This document shows, in pieces, positions 8,629 through 17,906 of a stretch of 64,000 nt of DNA (within the stretch, counting starts at the first letter, position 1; each line of letters begins with the position of its first letter). The DNA lies in assembly GCA_963798085.1 (NCBI GenBank), contig CAWCRS010000007.1, forward strand, positions 896,001 to 960,000. Reading direction: 5' to 3'. The notes below the pieces were generated by a model that was given only the letters and a program-made list of their open reading frames with translations, made no database searches and had not been told where the DNA came from. Source of the stretch: an uncultured Gemmatimonadales bacterium. GTDB taxonomy: Bacteria; Gemmatimonadota; Gemmatimonadetes; Longimicrobiales; RSA9. The translations under genes were made by a program, and so were the position numbers.

Positions 8629-10529
8629 TGGTGCCCATGGCGAGGGTGCGGCTGCTGGGGCCGCGCAGTGATCTGCCGGCAGTGCTGCGCGTGCTTCAGG
8701 ACATGGGCGAGCTGCACGCGGCAAAGCCGTCGGCAGCGGTTCTTGCGCCGGCCGCACCGGAGACGATGGAGCGACGCGAGCGCCGTCGCGTGGGTCGCGT
8801 GCTGGACCGTGTGGAAGCCGCGCTGACGGCGCTGTCTGCTGACTCGCCTGTTCGCAACCCGCAATCCGCTGAAGGGATACCCGTCCCTGATGACGCGACG
8901 CTGGCCTCGTGGGCTCGCCTGGCGAGGCGGGTCATTGGCCGGGCGACGATGCTGCGTCGTCGCGTAGTGTCGCTGGAAGAGGAACAGGCACTGCTGGAGA
9001 AGTACCGCCACTTCTTCGCCAGCTTCGAGCAACTGCGTACTGCCGCCGCACGCTGGCCCAATGCGGCAGCCTATCACGTGGTGCTGCGCCGGGGCGGCGA
9101 GCACGCGGTGCAGGAGCTGCGCACGGCGCTCACCACGGTGCTGGGCGAGCACTTCGATCTGTGGTCCGACACGCTGCCCAGCGGCGAGACGGCGCTGCTG
9201 CTGCTCACCACGGCAAGAGAAGCGAAACGCATCGAGGGTGTGCTCGCGGACGCGGGCGTTGCGGAAGTGCCGCTGCCCGCCTCGCTGGGGCAGTCGGGTC
9301 AGGCGGTGGCATCGCTGGACACGCGGCTGCAGTCGATACCGCGCGAGCTGGAGGCGCAGCGGCGCGCGCTGGCGCAGCTGGGCGCGGCGGAGCGCCCGGC
9401 ACTGCTGCGCGCGCAGGGTGCACTGCGCGACATGCTCGCGCAGATGGAGGCCTTCGAGATGGCGCGCGCCACCGACCACGCCTTCGTGATCGAGGGCTGG
9501 CTGCCGCAGGTGGGCGTGCCTCGACTGCGCGCTGCGATGGACACGTCGTTCAGCGGCCGCATCGTGGTGGAGACGGTGGCGCGTGAAGAGTGGCGCGGTG
9601 AAGATGCGCCGGTTGTCATGAGCAATCCGCGACTGTTCCGGCCGTTCGAGCTGATCGTGAACGTGCTGCCGCTGCCACGCTACGGCACCATCGATCCCAC
9701 GCCGTTCGTCGCGGTCTTCTTCCCCATGCTGTTCGGCGTGATGCTGGGCGATGCCGGCTATGGTCTGGTGCTGGCGCTGCTCGCCGGGGTCATCCACTGG
9801 CGTGCACCGGAGGGCTCGCGACTGCGCACCGTTGCGGAGATCGCGGGGCCGTGCGCGGCCTTTACGATAATCTTCGGTTTGCTGTACGGTGAGTTCCTGG
9901 GCAGCGCGGGGCGCGCCTGGTTCGGCCTGCGCCCGCTGCTGTTCGACCGCGAGGAAGCGCTGCTGCCCTTCCTCGGTCTGGCGGTTGCCATTGGTCTCGT
10001 GCACATCCTGCTCGGCCTGGTGCTCAGCGCCGTGGCCGCGGCGCGCAACCAGCCCCGTCATGCGCTGGGATCCGGCGTCATGGCCCTCATGGTGGTGCTG
10101 GTGGTAGTGGCCATTCTCTCCGCGGTGGAAGTGCTGCCGCACGCCTTCTTCACACCCATCGTGGTGGCCCTGCTGATCGCGTTTCCCGTTCTGGTCGTGA
10201 TCGAAGGCATGGTGGCAGCGATCGAGCTGCTCTCGACGCTGGGCCACATCCTCTCCTACGCGCGTGTCATGGCGCTGGGCACCGCTTCGGTGATGATGGC
10301 GGTGGCGGCGAATCGCATGGTGGGCGCGATGGGCAGTGTGGTGGTGGGCATCCTCTTCGGCCTGCTCTTCCACCTCGTGAATTTCGCGTTAGGCATGTTC
10401 AGCCCGACGATCCACGCGCTGCGCCTGCACTACGTGGAGTTCTTCGGCACGTTCTTCAGCCCGGGTGGCGTGGCGTACCGGCCGCTGCGTCACTGGAAGC
10501 CGGGCCTGGAAAGCCGGACGAGAGGGTAG
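8625..10529 (+). CDS. atpI: V/A-type ATP synthase subunit I (a)
   Basis: LPRYGTIDPTP, FGVMLGDAGYG, conserved Arg in LSYARVMALG, HALRLHYVEFF. Confidence 0.93.
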   Translation: MMVPMARVRLLGPRSDLPAVLRVLQDMGELHAAKPSAAVLAPAAPETMERRERRRVGRVLDRVEAALTALSADSPVRNPQSAEGIPVPDDATLASWARLARRVIGRATMLRRRVVSLEEEQALLEKYRHFFASFEQLRTAAARWPNAAAYHVVLRRGGEHAVQELRTALTTVLGEHFDLWSDTLPSGETALLLLTTAREAKRIEGVLADAGVAEVPLPASLGQSGQAVASLDTRLQSIPRELEAQRRALAQLGAAERPALLRAQGALRDMLAQMEAFEMARATDHAFVIEGWLPQVGVPRLRAAMDTSFSGRIVVETVAREEWRGEDAPVVMSNPRLFRPFELIVNVLPLPRYGTIDPTPFVAVFFPMLFGVMLGDAGYGLVLALLAGVIHWRAPEGSRLRTVAEIAGPCAAFTIIFGLLYGEFLGSAGRAWFGLRPLLFDREEALLPFLGLAVAIGLVHILLGLVLSAVAAARNQPRHALGSGVMALMVVLVVVAILSAVEVLPHAFFTPIVVALLIAFPVLVVIEGMVAAIELLSTLGHILSYARVMALGTASVMMAVAANRMVGAMGSVVVGILFGLLFHLVNFALGMFSPTIHALRLHYVEFFGTFFSPGGVAYRPLRHWKPGLESRTRG

Positions 10530-10533
10530 GCGC

Positions 10534-10755
10534 ATGGGATCCTTCTGGCTGGTCCTGGCCGCGGCACTCGCTGTCGGCCTGACGGCTCTGGCAACCGCGT
10601 GGGCGCAGTCGCGCATTGGTTCGGCGGGTGCGGCGACACTGGCGGAGAAGCCGGAGCTGGGCGGGACCATGATCATTCTGGTGGCAATCCCCGAGACCAT
10701 GGTCATCCTCGGGTTCGTGGTCGCGGTGCTGATACTGCTGCGCGGCGGCGGCTGA
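10534..10755 (+). CDS. atpK: V/A-type ATP synthase proteolipid subunit K (c), single hairpin, 73 aa
   Basis: Two TM helices; AWAQSRIGSAG...AEKPE...IPETMVILGF with the essential Glu. Confidence 0.92.
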   Translation: MGSFWLVLAAALAVGLTALATAWAQSRIGSAGAATLAEKPELGGTMIILVAIPETMVILGFVVAVLILLRGGG

Positions 10756-10767
10756 TCGGAGGCAGCC

Positions 10768-11385
10768 GTGGCGCTCGCGGATCTTATCGCTGCGCTCGAG
10801 GCGGACGTCGAGCGACAGGCCGCGGACATTCTCGCGGCCGGTCGCGCGGAAGCCGAACGCATCCGCCAGACGACAGCGGACGCACTGGCGCGCCGCCGGG
10901 CGGAGCGGCTGGCGCAGCACGAGCAGCAGTCGCGGCACGCGCTGGCGCGTCAGCTCACGCAGGCGGAAGCGCGCCTGCGCGGCGAACTGCTGGCGGCGCG
11001 CGAGGCGCTGCTGACAAGTGTGTTAGCAGGGGCCAGGACGCAGCTGGCGGGATTGCAGAAAGGCGAGGTGTACCAGCGCCTGCTGGCGGACGAGCTGCTG
11101 GATGCGCTCAGCTACGCGGATCCGCACGGCGCGGTGGTGCGCTGTCCGCCGGCGCTGGCGGCGCCCGCACGGGCCGCTCTGAACTCGGGGCACGAGTCCG
11201 TCATGGTGGAGGAGGACGCCGCCATGGGCGCGGGCTTCCGCGTGATTGCGGAAGGTGGCCGCGTCGAGGTAGACCAGACGCTGGAGACGCGGCTGCGCCG
11301 GCTGGAGCCGCGGCTGCGCATCGAGATCGTGCAGCGCGTCGAGCGTGTGGCGACGGCGGGTGAGGACGGCCATGCGCTGGGATGA
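10768..11385 (+). CDS. atpE: V/A-type ATP synthase subunit E
   Basis: N-terminal coiled coil, C-terminal GAGFRV...VEVDQTLETRL, GGAGG RBS, position in the operon. Confidence 0.85.
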   Translation: MALADLIAALEADVERQAADILAAGRAEAERIRQTTADALARRRAERLAQHEQQSRHALARQLTQAEARLRGELLAAREALLTSVLAGARTQLAGLQKGEVYQRLLADELLDALSYADPHGAVVRCPPALAAPARAALNSGHESVMVEEDAAMGAGFRVIAEGGRVEVDQTLETRLRRLEPRLRIEIVQRVERVATAGEDGHALG

Positions 11386-12376
11386 TCTGAACGCACGCGT
11401 GCGCGGCCTGGCCGGGCACCTGCTCGGGCGTTCCACGATCCAGAGCATGGCCGCGGAAAACGAGCTGGACGGCCTGCTGCGCCGGCTGCGCGACGGCCCG
11501 TACGACGTCGGGTTGCGCGGCGCACCCGCGGGCGCGCTCACCATCGACCTCTCCGTGCGCCGCGCGGCGGGGCATCGGCTGGCCACGATTTCGCGCTGGT
11601 CGGGCCGGCGGCGCGAGCGGCTGCGCGTGCTGTTCGAGGAAGAGGACCGGCGCAGTGTACGCGCGCTGCTGCGTGGTGCGGTGGGTGGTGCCCGACCGGA
11701 AGCGCGCGTCGCCGGACTGCTGCCCACGCCCGGGTTGCCGGAGCGTGCACTCGAGGAACTGGCGAGGCAGCCCACGGCGGCGAAGGTCGCGGCACTGCTG
11801 GTGGCGTGGGGCAATGCCTACGGCTCGGCGGTGTTCGAGCACGCGGTGGAATCGCGACCCGACCTGTTCGCAATGGAACTTGCGCTGGCGAGGACGTTCG
11901 CGTTGCGCACGCGTGCGGCGGCACGACGGGGCGCGCTGCGCCGTTTCGCGCAGGACGCGATCGACGCCGAGAATATCGCGTCCGCCGTGGCCCTCGCGGG
12001 TCGCCGCATCGGCACACCCATCGAGGAAGTATTTCTCGCCGGCGGCCGTGCACTCGCCCTGGACGGCTTCGTCGCTGCCGCGCACGCAACGGACGCCGAA
12101 GGCGCGCTGCTGCGTCTGACGCGTGCCGCGGGAATGCGCACACCGCTGGGGCGTACGCTGGCCGCGGCCGCACCCGACACGCTGGAGCAGGCGCTTCTGG
12201 TATTGCGAACACGCGCGTTACGGCGGGGCGCACGCGAGCATCCGATCGGCCCCTCGCTCATTCTGGGGTACGCGCTGCGCCTGCGCGGCGAGGTCATGGA
12301 CCTGCGCACCATCGCGTGGGGTCTGGCGCTGCGTGCGCCACGCGCGCTGGTGCTCGATCAGCTGGTGACGCAATGA
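11372..12376 (+). CDS. atpC: V/A-type ATP synthase subunit C (d)
   Basis: LNARVRGLAGHLL N-terminus, IDAENI, EVMDLRTIAWG C-terminus. Confidence 0.85.
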   Translation: MRWDDLNARVRGLAGHLLGRSTIQSMAAENELDGLLRRLRDGPYDVGLRGAPAGALTIDLSVRRAAGHRLATISRWSGRRRERLRVLFEEEDRRSVRALLRGAVGGARPEARVAGLLPTPGLPERALEELARQPTAAKVAALLVAWGNAYGSAVFEHAVESRPDLFAMELALARTFALRTRAAARRGALRRFAQDAIDAENIASAVALAGRRIGTPIEEVFLAGGRALALDGFVAAAHATDAEGALLRLTRAAGMRTPLGRTLAAAAPDTLEQALLVLRTRALRRGAREHPIGPSLILGYALRLRGEVMDLRTIAWGLALRAPRALVLDQLVTQ

Positions 12377-12690
12377 GCCGGCTGGGCGTGCAGGTGATCT
12401 GCCGGCCCGAGCTGGTCGCCGGCTTCCGCCTCGCGGGTGTGGCGCCGCTGGAAGCGGTGCACGCGGCCGAAGCGGCGGTGCTGCTGCGCAGTGCTGCTGC
12501 GCATCGCGATACCGGCGTGATTCTGGTGCAGGACGATCTGCTGGCTGGCGCGCCTGCGCACCCGCCGGGCGCGCTGCCCATGGTCGTGCCGTTCCCCGGT
12601 CCGAAATCGCTCGAGAGCATGGAGAGCCCCGCCGCGTACGTGGCGGAGATCCTGCGCCGCGCCATTGGCTACCGCGTGAGGCTGGAATGA
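12373..12690 (+). CDS. atpF: V/A-type ATP synthase subunit F
   Basis: ELVAGFRLAGV, GVILV, ILRRAIGY; ATGA overlaps at both ends. Confidence 0.88.
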   Translation: MSRLGVQVICRPELVAGFRLAGVAPLEAVHAAEAAVLLRSAAAHRDTGVILVQDDLLAGAPAHPPGALPMVVPFPGPKSLESMESPAAYVAEILRRAIGYRVRLE

Positions 12691-14528
12691 AGCAGGCGAC
12701 GATGCGGCGCCCGGATCCGTCGAAACGAGACAGCCCGCGGGCGCAGGATGGACCGCGCATCACGCGCATCAGCGGCGCGCTGGTGGAAGCGAAGCCGATG
12801 CCTGAAGCCGCGCTCTATGAGCTGGCGCTCATCGGCGAGCAGCGGCTTCTCGGCGAAGTCGTGCGTGTGCGCGGCGACCTGGGCACGCTGCAGGTCTACG
12901 AGGAAACAACGGGTTTGCGCGTCGGCGAACCGGTGAAGCTGACGGGCGCACCCCTGGAAGTGCGACTGGGGCCGGGCCTGCTCGGCTCGATCCTGGATGG
13001 CGTCGCGCGACCACTGGTGCGCGTGGCCGAAGCCATGGGCGACTTCATTCTGCCGGGCAGCGCATCACCGACACTGGATCCTGCGCAGCAGTGGGAATTC
13101 AAGGCGCTGGTCGAGCCGGGCACGCGGGTGTCGGGCGGTGATCGCATCGGCGTCGTACGCGAAGGCAGGAACTTCGATCACTGGATCCAGGCGCCGCCCG
13201 GTGTGTGCGGCGTCGTCGCCGACATCCGTTCCGGTTCCTTCACGGTTATCGACACCATCGGCACGCTCGAGGATGGCACGCCGTTGCGACTCGCGCAGAA
13301 CTGGCCTGTTCGCAAGGCCCGGCCCGTACAGCGGCGGCTGCCCGGCGACCGGCCCTTCATCACGGGGCAGCGCGTGCTCGACTTCCTGTTTCCCGCCGCG
13401 GAAGGCGGCAGTGTGGCGTTGCCCGGCGGCTTCGGCACCGGCAAGACCGTGGTCGAACAGTCGCTGGCCAAGCACGGCGAAGCGGACGTGGTCGTGTACA
13501 TCGGCTGCGGTGAGCGCGGCAACGAGATGGCGGAGGTGCTGCACGAGTTTCCGCAGCTGGAAGATCCACGCGGCGGCGGCTCCATCATGGAGCGCACGGT
13601 CCTGATCGCCAACACCTCGAACATGCCGGTAGCGGCGCGCGAAGCATCGATCTACCTCGGCATGTCCATCGCCGAATACTTCCGCGACATGGGGTATCGC
13701 GTCGCCGTGCTGGCGGACAGCATCTCGCGCTGGGCGGAAGCGCTGCGCGAGATGGCGTCGCGCCTGCAGGAGATGCCGGGAGAGGAAGGTTATCCGACGT
13801 ATCTCGGCAGCAGGCTGGGCGGCGTGTACGAGCGCGCCGGTCGCATTGAGGCGCTGGGCCTGCCCGAGCGCACGGGTGCGCTGACACTGATCGCCGCGGT
13901 GTCGCCACCCGGCGGGGATCTCTCCGAGCCCGTAACCCAGGCATCACTGCGCGTGGTGGGCGCGCTCTGGGCGCTGGATGCCTCGCTCGCGCATCGTCGC
14001 CATTTCCCGGCTGTCGACTGGGAGACGAGCTACAGCCTGTACGGCGCCGCGACGGATCCCTGGTTCATTGCGCACACCGGTGCCGACTGGCCGGAACTGC
14101 GCCGCGCATCGCTCGCATTGCTGCGCCAGGAGCGCGACCTCGAGGAGATCGCCGGCCTCATCGGCATCGACGCCATGCAGGATCGCGAGCGCTTCGTGCT
14201 CGCCGTGGCGAAAATCCTGCGCGAGACCGTGCTGGCGCAGAGCGCGTACGAAGAGAACGATCGCATGTCCAGTCCGCGCAAGACGCATCGCATGATCTCA
14301 CTGGTACACGAGCTGGTGCGTGCCGGCCAGGAGGCCATGCAGTCGGGCTCGGTCCTGGCCGACCTCGAGCTGGATCCGGCGCGTGACGCCATCATGGCCG
14401 TGCGCCTCGCGCCCGAAAGCGGGCTGGAGGAAGCCGTGGCCCTCGCCAGCGGCACGATCGAGCGGGTGCGCACCACAAGACCGGTCACCGCCCGGAGCGG
14501 CGCCGGCGGCGAGTACGAAGGCGCTTGA
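12687..14528 (+). CDS. atpA: V/A-type ATP synthase catalytic subunit A
   Basis: QVYEETTGL, Walker A GGFGTGKT, GCGERGNEM, NTSNMPVAARE, EMPGEEGYPTYL, VSPPGGD. Confidence 0.97.
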   Translation: MKQATMRRPDPSKRDSPRAQDGPRITRISGALVEAKPMPEAALYELALIGEQRLLGEVVRVRGDLGTLQVYEETTGLRVGEPVKLTGAPLEVRLGPGLLGSILDGVARPLVRVAEAMGDFILPGSASPTLDPAQQWEFKALVEPGTRVSGGDRIGVVREGRNFDHWIQAPPGVCGVVADIRSGSFTVIDTIGTLEDGTPLRLAQNWPVRKARPVQRRLPGDRPFITGQRVLDFLFPAAEGGSVALPGGFGTGKTVVEQSLAKHGEADVVVYIGCGERGNEMAEVLHEFPQLEDPRGGGSIMERTVLIANTSNMPVAAREASIYLGMSIAEYFRDMGYRVAVLADSISRWAEALREMASRLQEMPGEEGYPTYLGSRLGGVYERAGRIEALGLPERTGALTLIAAVSPPGGDLSEPVTQASLRVVGALWALDASLAHRRHFPAVDWETSYSLYGAATDPWFIAHTGADWPELRRASLALLRQERDLEEIAGLIGIDAMQDRERFVLAVAKILRETVLAQSAYEENDRMSSPRKTHRMISLVHELVRAGQEAMQSGSVLADLELDPARDAIMAVRLAPESGLEEAVALASGTIERVRTTRPVTARSGAGGEYEGA

Positions 14529-14606
14529 GCAGGCACTAACAGGCTGCAAGGCGGGATCGCGTCGCGCCCGTACGGGAAGATTGCAGCGCAGATTCAGGAT
14601 GGGCCC

Positions 14607-15985
14607 ATGAACGGTGTCGAACGGGTGATGCGGGGTGCGGCCGGAGCGGCCGGGCCGCTGCTGTTCCTCAGCGGCTGCCGGCGAGTCGCGCTCGGCGAAT
14701 GGGTCACCATCCAGGTACCGGGCGAGGCGCAGCGCAACGGTCAGGTCATCGACGCCTCCGATGGACTCACGCTCGTGCAACTGCTGGAAGACACGGTGGG
14801 CCTCGCGCCGGGCCTGGCCATCGCGACGCTGACCGGCGAGGTGGCGCAGGCACTCGTGGGTCGGGACCTGCTGGGCCGCGTCGTGAACGGCCTGGGCGTT
14901 CCCGTCGATGGGCTGCCCGCACCCGTGGGCGAGGCGCTGCTGCCCGTGCACGGTGCGCCCGTCAATCCCGCCCGCCGACTGCCGCCCGCAGACTTCATTG
15001 AGACTGGCATTGTCGGCGATCGATGGACTCAACACACTGGTGCGCGGGCAGAAGCTGCCCGATCTTCGCCGGCCCCGGCCTGCCCGGTCTCGAGCTGGGC
15101 GCGCACATCGTGGAATGGGCGCGCGTCAAAGGCGATGAGCCCTTTGCCGTGCTCTTCGTGGCGCTCGGCATCACGCAGCGCGAGACGCGCACCTTCATCG
15201 AGCGCTTCGAGGCCAGCGACATCCTGCAGCGCAGCGTGATCTACCTGAACCAGACGCGCGACCCCACGATCGAGCGACTGCTGGCGCCACGCGTCGCGCT
15301 TTCGCAGGCGGAGTTCCTGGCGTTCCAGCGCGGCTATCGCGTGCTGGTCGTGATCGCGGACATGCTGCACTACTGCGATGCCTTGCGTGAAGTAGCGGCC
15401 GCGCGCGAGGAAGTGCCAGGCCGCCGGGGCTATCCCGGCTACATGTACACGGACCTGGCCAGCATCTTCGAACGCGCGGGCATCGTGCAGGGTTCGGCGG
15501 GATCGGTGACGCAGCTGCCCATCCTCACCATGCCGGATGACGACATCACGCACCCGATTCCCGATCTCACGGGCTACATCACCGAAGGGCAGGTCGTGCT
15601 GGCGAGGGAGCTGCACCGCAAGGGCGCGTTCCCGCCCATTGATGTGCTGCCCTCGCTCTCGCGGCTCATGAACGCCGCCATTCGCGGGGGCACGGTGGAG
15701 GGGCACCGGCAGTGGGCTAACAGGCTGTATGCAGCCTACGCGCAGGGCCGTGAGGCCGCGCTCACCGCGGCCATTGTAGGGGAAGCCGGACTGCAGGAGT
15801 CGGATCGGCGGGCCATGGCGTTCGCGGAGCGCTTCGAGATGGAGTTCATCCATCAGGGCGAGCAGCGGCGCACGCTCGAGGAGACCGTGCTGATCGGCCG
15901 CCAGCTGCTGGCCGCGCTGGATGCGCGCAGGCCGGCGGGCGAGGCAGAGCAGGATGGGGTCGCGCACGCGGGCGGGCGCACATGA
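14607..15985 (+). CDS. atpB: V/A-type ATP synthase subunit B, with two apparent +1 indels near 15012 and 15061 (probably assembly errors)
   Basis: N-terminal part in 14607..15239, SAIDGLNTLVRGQKLP in a second frame, C-terminal part in 15023..15985 with EEVPGRRGYPGYMYTDL, HPIPDLTGYITEGQ, PPIDVLPSLSRLM. Confidence 0.93.
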
Positions 15986-16620
15986 AGCGCGCGCCGCGCA
16001 TTGCGGTCACGCGTCAGAATCTCCTGCGGGCGCGTCGTCGCCTCGATCGTGTGTGGAAGGGCGCGGAGCTTCTGCGGCGTCGTCGCGAAGCCCTGGCGAG
16101 GGAGCTGCTGCGGCTGGCGCGGCCGGCGGTGGACGCGCGCACGGTCGTGATCCAGGAGAGTCACCAGGCGTACCGGGCGTTGCTCGAGGCGCTGGCGTCG
16201 CAGGGCGAGACCGGCCTGCACGCGCTGTCCTGGCCGCCGCGCGCCGCATGGGTCGAGATCCGCTCGGCGCAGGTGTGGGGCGTGGCCGTCGCGGACATCA
16301 CGAATCGCGCCCGCCTGCACGCCGCCATGGATGCGCGCGGCACGCCACCCGGCGTGGGGCCCGCGGTGGCCAGTGCGGCCGACCATTTCGAACAGCTGCT
16401 CGAACTGTTGCTCAATGCCGCGCCGCGCGAGCAGCTGCTGCGGCGACTCGGTGACGCGCTGGCCCGCACGTCCCGTCAGGTGCACGCGCTGGAGAACAGC
16501 GTGGCGCCTCGCCTTGAAGGCCAGGTCGGCTGGATCCGGGGCAGCCTCGAAGAGCGCGAGCGCGAGGAACACGAGCGGCTGAAGCGCTTCGCGCACCGCC
16601 AGAACCCCCGCCAGGCCTGA
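15982..16620 (+). CDS. atpD: V/A-type ATP synthase subunit D
   Basis: TRQNLLRARRRL..KGAELLRRRREAL, RTSRQVHALE, LEEREREEHERLK. Confidence 0.9.
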   Translation: MKRAPRIAVTRQNLLRARRRLDRVWKGAELLRRRREALARELLRLARPAVDARTVVIQESHQAYRALLEALASQGETGLHALSWPPRAAWVEIRSAQVWGVAVADITNRARLHAAMDARGTPPGVGPAVASAADHFEQLLELLLNAAPREQLLRRLGDALARTSRQVHALENSVAPRLEGQVGWIRGSLEEREREEHERLKRFAHRQNPRQA

Positions 16621-16928
16621 CCCGGCCCCTGCCGATCGAAAAGGCGCCGCAGTAGCGCGTCGCACCCCACCGGCGAGGCCGGCCGTTCCGCGCCCTCGCC
16701 GGGCTTCGTCACAACAACCGGAACCCTCGCGCCGTTCCACCGTAAAAAGGGGCCGCTGGACACGTTCGAGCGCGCCGGATAACATCGTCAGCGCCGGTGG
16801 TTCCAGCGCCACTGCACAGCGGTGACACCACGCTCGACGCGCCGGGCCGACGACGGTCCGCGATTGAGCAGAGCCGCGTCGAGGCAACGCCCCGGCGCGG
16901 CCTTTCGTTTTTTCGGAGACAGGAGCGG

Positions 16929-17906
16929 ATGATCACGGTCGAGAACATCACCAAGCGCTTTGGCCCGCTCGTCGCCGTGAACGACCTGAGCTTCCAGGTC
17001 GATCGTGGTGAGGTCGTGGGCTTCCTCGGCCCCAACGGGGCCGGCAAGACGACCACGATGCGCATGCTGACCGGGACGCTGCAGCCGGACCAGGGTCGCG
17101 TGCTCTTCGATGGCAAGTCGATCGGCGATGATCTTACCGCCGCGAAACGGCGGGTTGGGTATCTGCCCGAATCGAATCCGCTGTACGAGGACATGCTGGT
17201 CTGCGAGTACCTCGAGTTCGCGGCGCGGCTGCGCGAGTCGGAAGGCGAGAAGATGCGCAAGGCCGTGCGCCGCGCCGCCGAGCAGACCGGCCTCGAGGAG
17301 GTGTTCTACCGCCCCATCGCGGAGGCATCGAAAGGCTACCGCCAGCGCATTGGACTGGCCGCCGCGATCCTGCACGAGCCCGAGATTCTCGTGATGGATG
17401 AGCCGACGGAGGGGCTCGATCCCAACCAGCGCGTCGACATTCGCAGGCTGGTCGCGGAGCTGGGGAAGGAGCGCACCGTGCTGCTCAGCACGCACGTGAT
17501 GCAGGAAGTGGAAGCGACGTGCAGCCGCCTGCTGATCATCAATCGCGGCCGGCTCGTGGCGCAGGGCCGCGTGCAGGACCTGCTCGCCGGCGAGCAGAGC
17601 TTCTCGCATTACACGGTGGAGGCGGCGGGTGATGGCGTGGCCGGCGCACTGGCCGCACTGCCGGGTGTGAACGAGCACGCCGCGGAGTCGCTGGATGGGC
17701 GCACGCGGGTGCGGCTCATGGTGCGCGGCGATGAGGAATTGCGCCCGCGCATCTACCAGCTGGCGCGAGACCGCAACTGGACCCTCTGGGAACTGCATCG
17801 CGAGCGCGCCAGCCTGGAAGCGGTGTTCCGGCAGCTGACCACGGAAGCGGGCGAGACGGTGGTGGAAGCGGCCGCGGAAGTGGCGGCGGAAGGAGGCGAC
17901 GAATGA
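16929..17906 (+). CDS. ABC transporter ATP-binding protein (GldA-like)
   Basis: GPNGAGKTT, SKGYRQR, MDEPTEGLDPNQ, LSTH; AGGAG RBS. Confidence 0.92.
   Translation: MITVENITKRFGPLVAVNDLSFQVDRGEVVGFLGPNGAGKTTTMRMLTGTLQPDQGRVLFDGKSIGDDLTAAKRRVGYLPESNPLYEDMLVCEYLEFAARLRESEGEKMRKAVRRAAEQTGLEEVFYRPIAEASKGYRQRIGLAAAILHEPEILVMDEPTEGLDPNQRVDIRRLVAELGKERTVLLSTHVMQEVEATCSRLLIINRGRLVAQGRVQDLLAGEQSFSHYTVEAAGDGVAGALAALPGVNEHAAESLDGRTRVRLMVRGDEELRPRIYQLARDRNWTLWELHRERASLEAVFRQLTTEAGETVVEAAAEVAAEGGDE

Noticed and set aside
15005..15065. Programmed frameshifting or true inactivation of atpB
   Set aside because: No slippery heptamer, two independent +1 events 50 bp apart, the rest of the operon is intact, and similar indels occur throughout the window.
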